A stretch of 63,469 nt of DNA, filler included, from Octopus bimaculoides (lineage: Eukaryota): NCBI RefSeq assembly GCF_001194135.2. It is 7 parts of 6 records of this genome, joined end to end, with 100 filler letters (N's around TTAATTAATTAA, not from the genome) between each part and the next. Parts side by side here need not be neighbours in the genome. Positions count along the whole stretch, not along the records: positions 13,765 to 30,341 come from NC_068981.1; 6 more parts are not named here. One strand, 5' to 3'. The notes below the pieces were generated by a model that had not been told where the DNA came from, did no database searches, and was given only the letters and a program-made list of their open reading frames with translations. The position numbers were made by a program, and so were the translations under genes. This document shows, piece by piece, positions 13,922 through 25,079 of this stretch. Each line of letters opens with the position of its first letter. Position 1 is the first letter of the stretch.

Positions 13922-14215
13922 TCCTCTTAAGAACGAAATAGTCCGGCTTTGAAAAATGAAGAAGGTGAAGATTGTGCCAATTATTGTTGGGTCCTTGAGA
14001 ACAGTATCAGAAGGCATCAAGAGGAATATGAAGGAAATCGGAATCGAGTGCCCAGTAGAACTATTATAAAAGGTTTACTTCCTTGACACAGCCAGAAAAA
14101 TCAGGAAAGTATTAGATATTTGAAAAGAACGGGTAGCGTGGTACCGTAGGCTGCAGGCAGCAAGCCCGGTACACATGCAAGATTCCAGGAGTTACAACAA
14201 AACTTGAGATAAAAA
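13921..14215 (+). mobile_element. R4/Dong-like LINE, 5'-truncated insertion within (AAT)n
   Basis: MKKVKIVPIIVGSLRTVSEGIKRNMKEIGIECPVELL*KVYFLDTARKIRKVLDI*. (AAT)n lies on both sides (13847-13917 and 14221-14236). Confidence 0.85.
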
Positions 14216-14239
14216 GAAAAATGATAATAATAATAATAG

Positions 14240-14420
14240 TTACAAATTTTGGTTCAAGGCCAGCAATTTCAGCGGAGGGATAAGTCGATTATATCGATCC
14301 CAGTGCTCAATTGGTACTTATTTTATCGACTCCGAATGGATGAAAGGCAAAGTCGACTTCAGTAAAATTTGAACTCTGAACGTAAGGACAGACGAAATGC
14401 TGTCCAGCGTGCTAGCACTG
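14240..14420 (-). mobile_element. SINE family B
   Basis: aaggccagcaatttc...gtcgattatatcgatcccagtgctcaattggtacttattttatcgac...gatgaaaggcaaagtcgac...tttgaactctgaacgtaaggacagacgaaat. Confidence 0.85.
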
Positions 14421-14574
14421 TTTATCTTGATATGAGATCACATATGGTTGTGATGCATGTACCTGGTGTCCCCTATAAGACTGGTAGTCATGGTTGGTAT
14501 ATTACACTTCATATACTTGCACTCCAGTGGCACTTTGCTGGTGTGTACTGCTCCCTCATTCAATGATAATAATA

Positions 14575-15977
14575 ATAATATTTTTATTGGCCACAAGGGC
14601 ATCGAAAAACATTTAGGACAATACAAAAACACAAAGACAAAGGAACGTTAAAAAATTCAAGAACATCAATTAATAGGGTGGAAAACGCTAAGACACCCCA
14701 TAGATCCCGTGTCACCTTACTTATCAGAAGTACGATGGCAAGTGCCCCACTCTCCTAGTTACTCCTCAACCTAAAGGTGTAGCTTAGAGTAGGCCCACTC
14801 ACTCGACACAAACACCAAACTTTTAACAAGCCCTCGACACATACACCAACCTTTTAACAAATTTACTGGGGAGATGCATGCAATGGTAGAACTGCCCGAC
14901 CGGCAGAATGTTGTGAGCGCCTGACGGCACTCAAGGTGTCAGTCGCCCTCCACCGGTCTACGGTTGATTCAGGACTGCAGCTCTGTCAAAGATATGACCT
15001 GCAGAAAAGCGCATCTAACGACACCTGTTCACCATCAAGAAAACGCGGGAGATGTAGTCTCAGTATGTTTCTGCATCATTAGCTACACCATGCTCAGTCC
15101 CTTACGCAGCTGATGATGACAATAAATGGACTGTCTGACCAGTGAAACTCGAAGCAGTCCATTCTGGTTAGCCATAAAGCAGAACAAGGCACGACGGTCA
15201 GGTGGTATAGATAATCGATGTAATGGAGGCATTCGCCATCTCCACCCAAGCATTCAGAGATAATTTCCTCTCAGCCACCCTGCTCATTACCTTTTCCTGA
15301 TTCTTTTCCATCTAGAGGTCTAGACTTCCAGGTGGACAACAACTGGGAAAAGGTAACTAAACCCCGATCAATTCAACCGGTCTTCCTCCAGCGCCAACGA
15401 AACTGTTGGATGGTATGGACCTACCTCTCCTGGTTAATTTTTGCCTCGTATACCTTTATAATAGTGTTGATCATTTTCTTATGTTTGGTGTCTGACGCTA
15501 TGAAGGTGATGTAATCCGCATATTCAAACAAGAGTCTTCCACATCCTAGTTCTTGGAGTACGCCCCTCGAAGCTTCCAGTGTCTGTAATAGCGGCACTAG
15601 CGTCAGCATGTACAGAAGGTGAAAGAAGGGGGTACCATTGATGGACCGACTTCATATTATTGGCCGATTCCGACTGGTGACCATTCACTTGATACACTGC
15701 AACGATTCAGATTCTGAAGATGGACCCGAAACCTACCGCCTTGAAGACAACTGGTAAGTATTGAAGGCCAGCCCTATTCAAAGCTTTCGACTGATGCAAA
15801 TTGATAAATTGATCAGAGTCCCACCCATGCCAGATTCTTTACCACCCTTTCTATGATGTATCACGTGAGGTGGAGGTTATCCCGGATAGATATGTTTGGT
15901 ATGGCACATGTCAGAGCCTCATCCACAGAGTATCATCGGCAAACAACTTCAATGTTAACACCTTGATCCAAATTTTT
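14575..15977 (-). mobile_element. L1/Tx1-clade LINE, RT to 3' end (decayed)
   Basis: Minus-strand LLNAS...VDEALTCAIPNISIRDNLHL*YIIERV...GMGGTLINL; GTPFFHLLYMLTLVPLLQTLE...LFEYADYITFI (YADD motif region); zinc-finger-like tail; AATAAA plus (TAT)n at about 14570-14590. Confidence 0.8.
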
Positions 15978-16001
15978 CAAACTTGCATTTAGCAGAGTTG
16001 T

Positions 16002-16051
<50 letters not shown>

Positions 16052-17504
16052 CACATACACAGACTGTGTTTGTATCGACTGTGTTTGTATCGACTGTGTT
16101 TGTGTTCTCGTCATTGTGTAGTAGTACAGATAGAAATAGAGTGATGCTGTAAAAGAAAATAAAGTGAGCCAGTGAGAGTGAGAGAGTTTGGGACGAAACA
16201 ACTGCGTTGGTGAGTTAACATAGTTGTCATTTTTGTGCCCTTATCTTTAGAGATGGCGTTTTGTTCAGCCGGTCAGCCAGACTCAGTTCTCACTAACTGA
16301 GTTGTCACCAAGTGACCAACTAGTTGAGTCATCACCAAGTGACTAACTGTCTTTTGCTTGCAGGGTCTTGTTTTTATAACTATCCAGAAGGATAGACAAT
16401 TATTGAGAACAATAGATTTAGTTGGTGGTCTTGCTATCTTAATTCTAGCTTTTGGTGAAATAAAGAGATTAGAAAGGTCAGGTGGTGAAGACATTATTTC
16501 GGCCTAGCTAAAGCAATCTGGCAAATGTAAAACTGCTGTCACAGAAAAACTATTGTTTTACCATGAGAAACGTTCTGTTGAAGTGTTAATTTAAATTTGA
16601 CTATGGTGGATCGAATCCACTTCATGCCTGCAAGATTCACTACACAGTGGGAGTCCAGAATGAGAAAATTCAACAATTATTGCTCAGTGAAAAGATACTG
16701 ACATTTGAGAGAGATTTCGAAATATCGGTGGTAATTGAATCAGCCACGAAGTGTTCTAGGAACATTCAGTATGTGTAATACCTGCCAGGAGTTGAATCTG
16801 AAAAGTTTATTCATAAGCTGCCAGCGAAACGTGAATACTACTATTATGGAAATACTAATCATCTTGCTAATGTGTGTTCTTTAAAAAATAAGGAATATTT
16901 TGCATATAAGCGTATCGGATATATTCGTCGAAAATGTTGGCAATTCAATGAAAAAGAAAGGACGACAGAAAATCTGATGAGATGGGAGATGGTTGTTGGG
17001 GGGTAAGGATAGATTAAGCAATGGAGATGTTGAAATTGTATGCAATGTGTGGGTCATGTTCACCGTCAGTACAGGGGGAGGTGTTGGTGAATAATCAGAA
17101 GGTGATGATGGAGGTAGACGTAAGTGCTTCATGCTCAGTGATGAATTCGAAGATTTCAAGAAACTGGGTGATTTGAAGGATTCTACAAAAGACGTCGCTA
17201 AGGTTAAAACGAATAACAGAGTGTTGGTGAAGCCCTATAGTGTGGCTGATGTACGAAAGAAGTGAGAGTCAGTTGCCGTTATTGGTTGTCGAAGGCGAGG
17301 ATTTTATGTTGTGGAGTAGAAATCGGATGAAGAGAGTCAATTTAAATTAAAGAAGTATATTTGATTTGGTTGGGGGAAGAAATGCCGTTGAAATTGGAGC
17401 TTCTAACCGAGTTAGAATAAGTTTTTAGCAACAAACTAGGCCGTTTAAAGGAATTTAAGGTAAAGTTACCTATTAATAAGGCAGCAACATCACGATGTTG
17501 TAGA

Positions 17505-17568
17505 CACTAGAGTAGCTAGAGTGTGTGCTACCCGAGGCGGCCCTTCCGTTTGCCACCTCCGGACCCCA

Positions 17569-17606
<38 letters not shown>

Positions 17607-17673
17607 ATTGCCTACAGCATACCCAAAAGTGCCGCCCGAGCGGACCGCGTTCCCTCCTCCAGCTAAGCTAGTG
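17505..17673. mobile_element. hAT-type MITE nested in Gypsy
   Basis: Imperfect TIRs cactagagtagctagag... / ...ctccagctaagctagtg. 8-bp TSD gttgtaga (17497-17504) / ggtgtaga (17674-17681). Interrupts the Gypsy pol reading frame. Confidence 0.75.
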
Positions 17674-18554
17674 GGTGTAGAGTTCATCCTATGTCTTATT
17701 CAATAAAAGACCGAATTGAGAAGAAACTGGTTTGACAGGAGAGACATGGTATCATTAAAAAGTTGAATATTCTTATTGTTGTTCCTCCGTCTTTCCAGTG
17801 CTCAAAGACGATGCTGGTACTGTCAGATTATGAGGATCTATTGGCTACCTTAAAATGGGGTGAAAATTTTTGTAAGCTTGATTTGAATCATGCTTATCAG
17901 CAACTTAATTAAATGATGAAACACAAGAGCTGCTTACTATTAATGTTCATTGTGGCCTCTACCAACCCACTCACTTGCAATTCGAGGTACATAGAGCTTT
18001 AGGCGTCTGTCATCGGGAAATGACTTAAGAAGAGTCATTCCTTTCTGTTAAGTGCGGATAGATCACATTCTAATATCTGGAATGAGTGATACCAGTAACT
18101 TTATGAATCTTCGGAGAATATTATTGTCTGTGTTGGATGAAGCAGGACTTGAATTAGGAAAAACTAAATGTCAGTTTCTTCTTCCAGAAGAGACCTACAT
18201 TGGCTTTAGGATTAGCGAAGAAGACATAACTCTCCTTCCAGAGAAAGCTGCGGCAATACAAGAGGCCCCAACTCCAAACTCGCTACTGACTTGACAGCTT
18301 ATCTTGGGGCGAGCGTTGAGTTATTATAAACATCATTTACCAAATTTGTTAACAGTCATTGAGCCACTGAATCGTTTGCTAAAAAAAAAAGTAAAGTGTA
18401 GATGTGAGGTCCAGACAAGGAAAGAGCTTCTTAAGTTACTAAGGATATGGTGTGTTCTGCACCTTTCTTGACTCACTTTGACCCATTCAAACCAGTTCTT
18501 GTACATGTAGATGATTCTCTCTGTGGAATAGAAACAGTAATGGCATGCACCCCA

Positions 18555-18735
18555 GGCGAAATGCTTTGCGGTATTTCGTCTGTCTTTACATTCTGAGTTC
18601 AAATTCCGCCGAGGTCGACTTTGCCTTTTATCCTTTCGGGGTCGATAAATTAAGTGGCAGTTACGTACTGGGGTCGATCTAATCTACTGGCACCCTCCTC
18701 AAAAATTTCGAGCCTTGTGCCTAGAGTAGAAAAGA
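18555..18735 (+). mobile_element. SINE family B nested in the Gypsy RNase H region
   Basis: ggcgaaatgctttgcggtatttcgtc...gttctgagttcaaattccgccgaggtcgactttgcc (B-box gagttcaaattcc)...ccttgtgcctagagtagaaaaga. Confidence 0.9.
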
Positions 18736-20204
18736 ATGGCATATAAAAGGAATAATGGGAGTGGAAATCTTATGCATTACATTAGACATACACTGTCTGC
18801 TGCAGGAAAAAAGTATCCTACACAGAAAAGAAAGGCCTTGTACTGAAGTTTGCCATCAAACACTTCAATATCTGCATGGTCATTCTTTTCACTCTTTACA
18901 CCGATCGCAAAACATTGCTGGGATTGTTTGCTGGAAACAAAAAAGTTCCACCTTTTGCTGCTGCAGCCCTTGTGCAACGCTAGGTACTGTTCCTGAAAAT
19001 CTATAACTTCTAATTAGAGTACCGTACCAGATCCTCCAGTGCTGGTGTCTGTCTTAGATATCTATCGGTGAATTCCATTGTGGAAAATTGTTCCAGTTGA
19101 GGGAATAGAGTTCACATAATTGATTTAATCAACTGCTCTGCTACAGTGGTTGAAATGAGACCTCAAGGGATCCTATTCTGAGTAGGGTATCTGAATTAAA
19201 GATAAATGGCTGCAATTACTGAAATGAAGCCATACTTCAACAAGCAAGAAGAATTGGGTTGTGAAAATGATGTGGCACTGTGGGGGAAATCGTGTAGTCG
19301 TCCCTCCAAAGATTGAAACTGAAGGTGTAACAAGAGCTACACTAGATCGATGTGGGAACAGCATGCATGAAGGCTTTCGCTCCATGCTATGTGTGAGGGC
19401 CAAACGTGGATGTTGAGATTGAAATGACATGTAAGGCTTGTGAAACACACATTCAAGGTTATAGCAGTCGAAAAAACTCCACTTCTTTCTCGGGAATATT
19501 CAAGTCTGCCATGGGAAAGAATGCACGTAGCTTTTGCCGGTTCATTTATGGGACATATATTTTTAATTGTTGTTGATACATACTCAAAATGGATGGAAGT
19601 CTGTATCACGAAATCATCAGCTGTCACAACCATAAGGATGAAACTAAGAATTTTCGCCACTCATGGTTAGCCTGTGACGATGGAGCGTATTTAGTAAGTA
19701 CAGAGTTTAAATTGTTTATGAACTTTAATGGAATAAAGCATGTATTCACCGCTTCATAATATCCTTCCTCTAACGACTGAGTTGAGTACACTGTTCGCGC
19801 ATTAAAAGTGACAATAAAGAAGGCAAAAGTGGACAGGAAAGGGACACTTGAGGTCAACAGGTCCTTACTCTGTTTTGCACTCAACAACTGGCATTTCTAC
19901 TGAATTGTTGCACAAATGTCATTTACGGACTGTTTTTCACCTATTGAAAGCAAATGCTTGTCGTCGAGTTTCAGAGTGCCAGATAATATGAAACAAAAAC
20001 GAATATATTACCTCTGAAGCGTACATTTAGAAAGAACGATTGAGTTCTTATACATAATTTTTGAGCTGGTGAACGATGGGTGGGAAACACTATAACCTGA
20101 CAATTAGGATTTGTAAATTTGAAGTAAGAGTTGATGGAAACATGTTCTAACGACATGTAGCCCAAGATCTGGAGCTTCCAATGTAGTCAGTTGAAGTATT
20201 GGTA

Positions 20205-20400
20205 CGCCATTGCAGAGTCGTTAGCTGCCGAACAAAACATTTAGCAATATTTTCTTCCGGCACTTACGTTCTGAGTTGAAATTCCGTCGAGATTGACTTT
20301 ACCTTTCAACCTTTCGGAGTTTGGAATCGATGTAATCGAACAATTCTTCTCCCTAAATTCTTGGTTTTATGCCTAAGCAGAATTGTTAGAACGTCGGACA
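20205..20400 (+). mobile_element. SINE family B
   Basis: tgcagagtcgttagc...gttctgagttgaaattccgtcgagattgacttt...gtaatcgaac. Confidence 0.75.
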
Positions 20401-22112
20401 AGGTGCTTTACGGTATTTGTTCCAGTTTTTACTCCGGTTCTAAGTTCGAATTGCGCCGAATTTTACACTGGTCTTCATTTTTTCTGGGTCGATCAACTAA
20501 AGTACCCATTGTATCTGTTCTCTCTGTACTGTTTGCATCTTTAGTGTTGTGTTGTGGATTTTGAGGAACTTGTGTGAAGAGTATTGTTTATGCTAAATAT
20601 GTTTGTACTTCATTTACATTTAGAACAGCATTTTATTTTTGGCTTGTTTGTAGACTTATTGTGGTTGTAAGGTATCTCATCAAATTATACTGGCTTTATA
20701 GACCATCTCATGTTATACAATACCTTTCTTGTTATATCTAGTCATATACAGGCAATGTGTTCATAAGTGCAACTTTTATAGAATCATACGGACATTTTTT
20801 CTGTTACCTCATTGGTTATCGCTGACTTCAAATTTCCTGAATTTTTGCCATCAGACTTCTTCCCACAAGCAGAAAATAATTTAGGGTGCAGTTTACTTAA
20901 TATATTTTACTTTTAACATAATTATTTTTTTTATATATTTTGTATTCTATATACAGAATTTGTATCAACAGATATTTTTTCTGCTTCATTTTGTTCTCCA
21001 TTGTGTAATATAATGTGCTAAAACTGAACTTTATTTGAAATGTATATGGTAAGGAAATGTATATTTTGCCCAATATTAACAACTAGTCATGAAGTTTACG
21101 ACTTTCGTACTCTCATCTAAACAAGTAGCTTTCTCTTATGGTATTTTCTTGACTCTTTGCATGCATATGCTGATAAGATTTTAAATTTTCATTTCCTTTA
21201 ATACATCATTAGTCCAGCTATTCTCGAGGCCACCAAAATGGAATCTCAGTTGCAGTCTCTGTTCACAAATAAATTACAACCTGTTTCATGCTGCTTCCCA
21301 ATCACACACATATATCATTTATTACGTTTGCCTTTTCTTTCAGTTAATATTTGATTAAAAGCTGTTTACCTCTTCCCTTTTATATTTTCTTAAATGTTCT
21401 AAATAGGATCTTGTATACAAGATTACCAACTTTTATCTAACTTATACCTCATGTGACCCTCCTCATTGGTATTTAGAAAGAAGTGTGTTAATAGAAAAGC
21501 ATTAATGGAAAGTTTTTAATATATCATCATTCTTTTTTGGCACTGCTTTTTTCGTATATTTTAGGGTTAGATGGATCGGAATACTCATATATACTCCATT
21601 GCTAGCTTTTGGTTAAATTTATTTTTCAGGGAAAACTTATGTTTCAAGTATGCTTTTATTGCTAGATGTAACATGTTTATTTAATTAAAATATAACAATG
21701 TTGTCTTATAGATGCATTGTTAGCTTGCGTGTAAATGTTAATCTGATCAGTGTAATTCCTCATGTTCTGAATCTTATATTTATATAGAATATATTTTAAG
21801 AACATTTAAAACTAAAAGGTAAAGGGTCACACAAATAAGAGATACAATCTTAAAAAAAGAAAGTATATTAATGGATGATGTAATCCTAGTTATCTGAAAC
21901 ATCTTTAATCATAGATCATCTTCATCAGGGCTGATCAAGGGCTCAAACAAATGACATATGTAAATGAAGAATATGGTTTAACAAATTTAAAATATCATTG
22001 AATACTGTAAATCATGAACTTTAGATATATTTTCCCCAATTTGAAATCAGCAAGAGAGATCATTCTCTGAGTTTAATTATAAAAGTCAAATTCACCACAC
22101 AATGCATAATAA

Positions 22113-22280
22113 TAAAAGCACCCACTACACTCTCTGAGTGGTTGGCGTTAGGAAGGGCATCCAGCTGTAGAAACTCTGCCAAATTAGATTGGAGCCTGGT
22201 GTTGCCATCCGGTTTCACCAACCCATGCTAGCATGGAAAGCGGACGTTAAACGATGATGATGATGATGATGATGATGAAT
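22113..22280 (+). mobile_element. RTE-related short element (family C) with (GAT)n tail
   Basis: aaaagcacccactacactctctgagtggttggcgttaggaagggcatccagctgtagaaac...catgctagcatggaaagcggacgttaaacgatgatgatg. Other copies at about 41225-41345, 41880-42000 and 46820-47107. Confidence 0.8.
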
Positions 22281-24707
22281 TATTTTTCATCATCTCTAAA
22301 TAAAGATAATGAACAACAAAGTTACTAAAATATAAATTACTTTATTTTCTCATTTTATTAATTCTTTTCTTTTAGATTTGTACAAATGTTTATAAACTGA
22401 AACAAGAAAATACCGTTTTTATTATTATAACAAAACAGAAAATTATCAATAATATGACTAGAAAAAATGTTTTGCTATTTATGAGACAGTATTTGTTGCT
22501 AAGTGGTGTTGCAGCAAATTAAACAGACTACAAACACTACAACCTGAAGTGTGAATGGTGGTGGTTGTCAGCAGCAATGTAGTGCTGTTTATGGTTAAGA
22601 GATTTAGTTATTGATGGCTCAAACAGGTACCATAAAGAGGTACAGCTAATAACTACATGTTAGGTTAGCAGTGTAAAATTAAAATCTCTTTTAGCTTGGT
22701 GGCTGTGACAATTACACCCCAACCTTTCCCATGAAAGAAACTATGGTAAAGCCATTCTATGTTCCTTGAAATTAACATGATTCATGGTTTCCAATTGCTT
22801 TCTGGCAGGAAGCAAACATTTTGGAAAAAAAGAGAACTTGTTTCTCTTTAATCAAAATAATTTTGAAAGACAATTTAAGAAGTTGTGCATTGGAAGACAT
22901 CAATATTCTTAGGAAGAAAATACAGTTCTAAGAAATGGAATTTCAGATGAAGACAAACAAACAACAGTCTGGTAAATATTTGATTGTGTCTGGCTGTGGA
23001 AGAACTGGTGAAGATTAAGTTGAGAGTATACCATCACTAGACACAACATATTTGTATGTTGCATGGGGATACAAGAATGCTTGCACGTTACAAACATCTA
23101 TGTATGTTTGTAACCTTTTTCATTAAAATCACTTTCATCATATCTGATCTGAATTTTTATGCTTGCATTTATTAAGTGTATTAAGTTTATATTGTATTTT
23201 CAATATAACTGTTTACAATATGTTCTTGCTTTTAGTTGTTCAGTTTCATTATAATTTCTGCAATCAGCTGAGTTTGTAGATTGCCAATCTACCTGTTCAA
23301 ATTTAAAATTTGACGTTTTGTATTGTCATCACTAACTTCTCATTGAACCTCCAGCTAAAACTCATTAACCCAATCTACCTGGATTAATTACCTAAGTAAC
23401 AATTCTATGTAAAAGAAAAAAAACTCATTATTGATATTAGATATTTTTGATGAGCTACAGAAATCATTAAGAAACCCTTTAGTGTATTGCCTTCTTTTGA
23501 ATAAATTGAAGGCAATGATGTCTTTAGTGAAATGCAGTAATGACTATGTGGAAAGCAAATAAAGAAATATGTAATGTTTTAATAATAGCCATCTAGACAA
23601 AGTAACATTATTTTTGGCAACAGTGTTGTTGGGTTCTAACTTTCAGCAGGTATAGAGATAGTAAACTATGTCAATACACATAAATCTAGTAAACCTGTGG
23701 CATAATAGTCTAACTTTATAAGGGTGGAAGTAAACATTTGATTCCAATATATATTACTATCTTTGAAATTCTGATGAGAAGGGAAAATACATTTGGCCTG
23801 TACAGAAACTAAGGAGACAGCAAATACAACTGCACTTTGGTTACTTCAGAAAATATAAGTTTCAATTCAAATTCCTTATACAATATAAGGTATTGCCATG
23901 AACATTACAAAAGCACGTTTAAAGAAATTAGCTTTTGTGTCGCACCACAAGATATCACTTTCAAAACACTTCATAGAAGAATCAAATGTAACTTACAAAG
24001 AGATTTTAAACTAAAACAGTGAGTCTTTAATGAGATACTGCAAAAAATCACATTTAGTTTTCACTGTGGATTAGTTATAAGTCTATGATTGGATTGTAAT
24101 TCCAGCTAGAAATTCTTTCTTTACATGTTGAAAGTGCAGCATGCTATATATAAAATTATATTGATATTGATTAAAAGAGATGGATCATCACAGTTTGAAG
24201 CAAACCAGATGATTTACATTCAAGAATATAAATCTTTTGGTCTGCATCTGATATGGTAAGTCAACTGTTTCAATCTATATCAAGCTAGTTGTTGTAATTT
24301 ATATTCTATTATATTTTTATATATTATATTGATGCAGAATATAGTTAACAATATTGTAAATATTAGCAACATAGTCATATGTTTCTATAACTTTTCAGTT
24401 GATCAAGGGTCTGAAATGTTTTGTGTACTCCCGACAACATTTCCCAAACATGTATAATTGTGAACAACAACAAAAAATAAGTTAATAATGTTATCATTTC
24501 ACTTACGTAGTTGTGAACTCTCTATGGGCAATATGTTTCTATTGAAACACAAGTCAGAAACACCTTCCAATATATTAACATCTCATTAAATAAGCTAAAT
24601 ATTTACAGGCCCACTAGATTAGCTCATATTTGAATAGTGAGCGAGCAGTCCTGAAACTACTAAAACAATTATTTGTATGGTCGATAAGGAAGTGTTCTTT
24701 CCTGAGC

Positions 24708-24857
24708 CTAACCTACAGTTCGCTCACTGTTTTTCACAGTAGAGTTTGTATCACCCCCAGAACTGCACCGAGAGAAGTCCTTTCCTGTGTAACTGGCTTC
24801 AGTCTCTTTGATTTCAGTGGCTCTCTTATATAATCGGGCAGCAGTTTTATAATCCTC
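24708..24857 (-). CDS. TPR-repeat protein (NPHP3-like/DDB_G0287407-like), terminal coding exon
   Basis: Acceptor cccattcttctttacag, then EDYKTAARLYKRATEIKETEASYTGKDFSRCSSGGDTNSTVKNSERTVG*. Phase 0, completing the TPR helix begun in the 28679-28804 exon. Confidence 0.85.
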   Translation of the reverse strand, partial: EDYKTAARLYKRATEIKETEASYTGKDFSRCSSGGDTNSTVKNSERTVG

Positions 24858-25079
24858 CTGTAAAGAAGAATGGGATAATAATAAGCAATAATGATTATAA
24901 CAAAAGACAGTGTACATTGGCAGACACATGAAAACATTGGATTAAATACATTGCAGCAATCAGTTTCTTCCCTGTATTTTCTGAGTTCAAATGCTGCTGG
25001 AAAGCTGAACAAGCTGCTTGGATCCTAGTAACATGCACCCATCTGAATGCAGCTTTGTTGCCATGTTGCATCTCCACCA

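Larger units (their letters stand above)
16000..20200 (+). mobile_element. Ty3/Gypsy LTR retrotransposon internal region (K02A2.6-like), decayed, no intact LTR pair
   Basis: gag: VGVQNEKIQQLLLSEKILTFERDFEIS; RT: SYSIKDRIEKKL...GIIKKVEYS...PVLKDDAGTVR, KLDLNHAYQQL, RIDHILISG...LDEAGLELGKTKCQFLLPEETYIGFRISEEDI; integrase: PWERMHVAFAGSFMGHIFLIVVDTYSKWMEV...IFATHG. Many stops and frameshifts. Confidence 0.9.

Noticed and set aside
10096-16101. Short direct repeats as CRISPR-like arrays (10096-10153, 12081-12100, 16064-16101)
   Set aside because: Head-to-tail tandem repeats without unique spacers in eukaryotic DNA; no cas genes
24180-24200. MDHHS resembling a DHHC motif
   Set aside because: No Cys-rich domain context and a stop follows within a few codons; coincidence
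24708-24860. Initial reading as a GIY-YIG/Penelope tail (RLYKRATEIK)
   Set aside because: Better explained as the TPR terminal exon: clean acceptor and phase match with the 28679 exon
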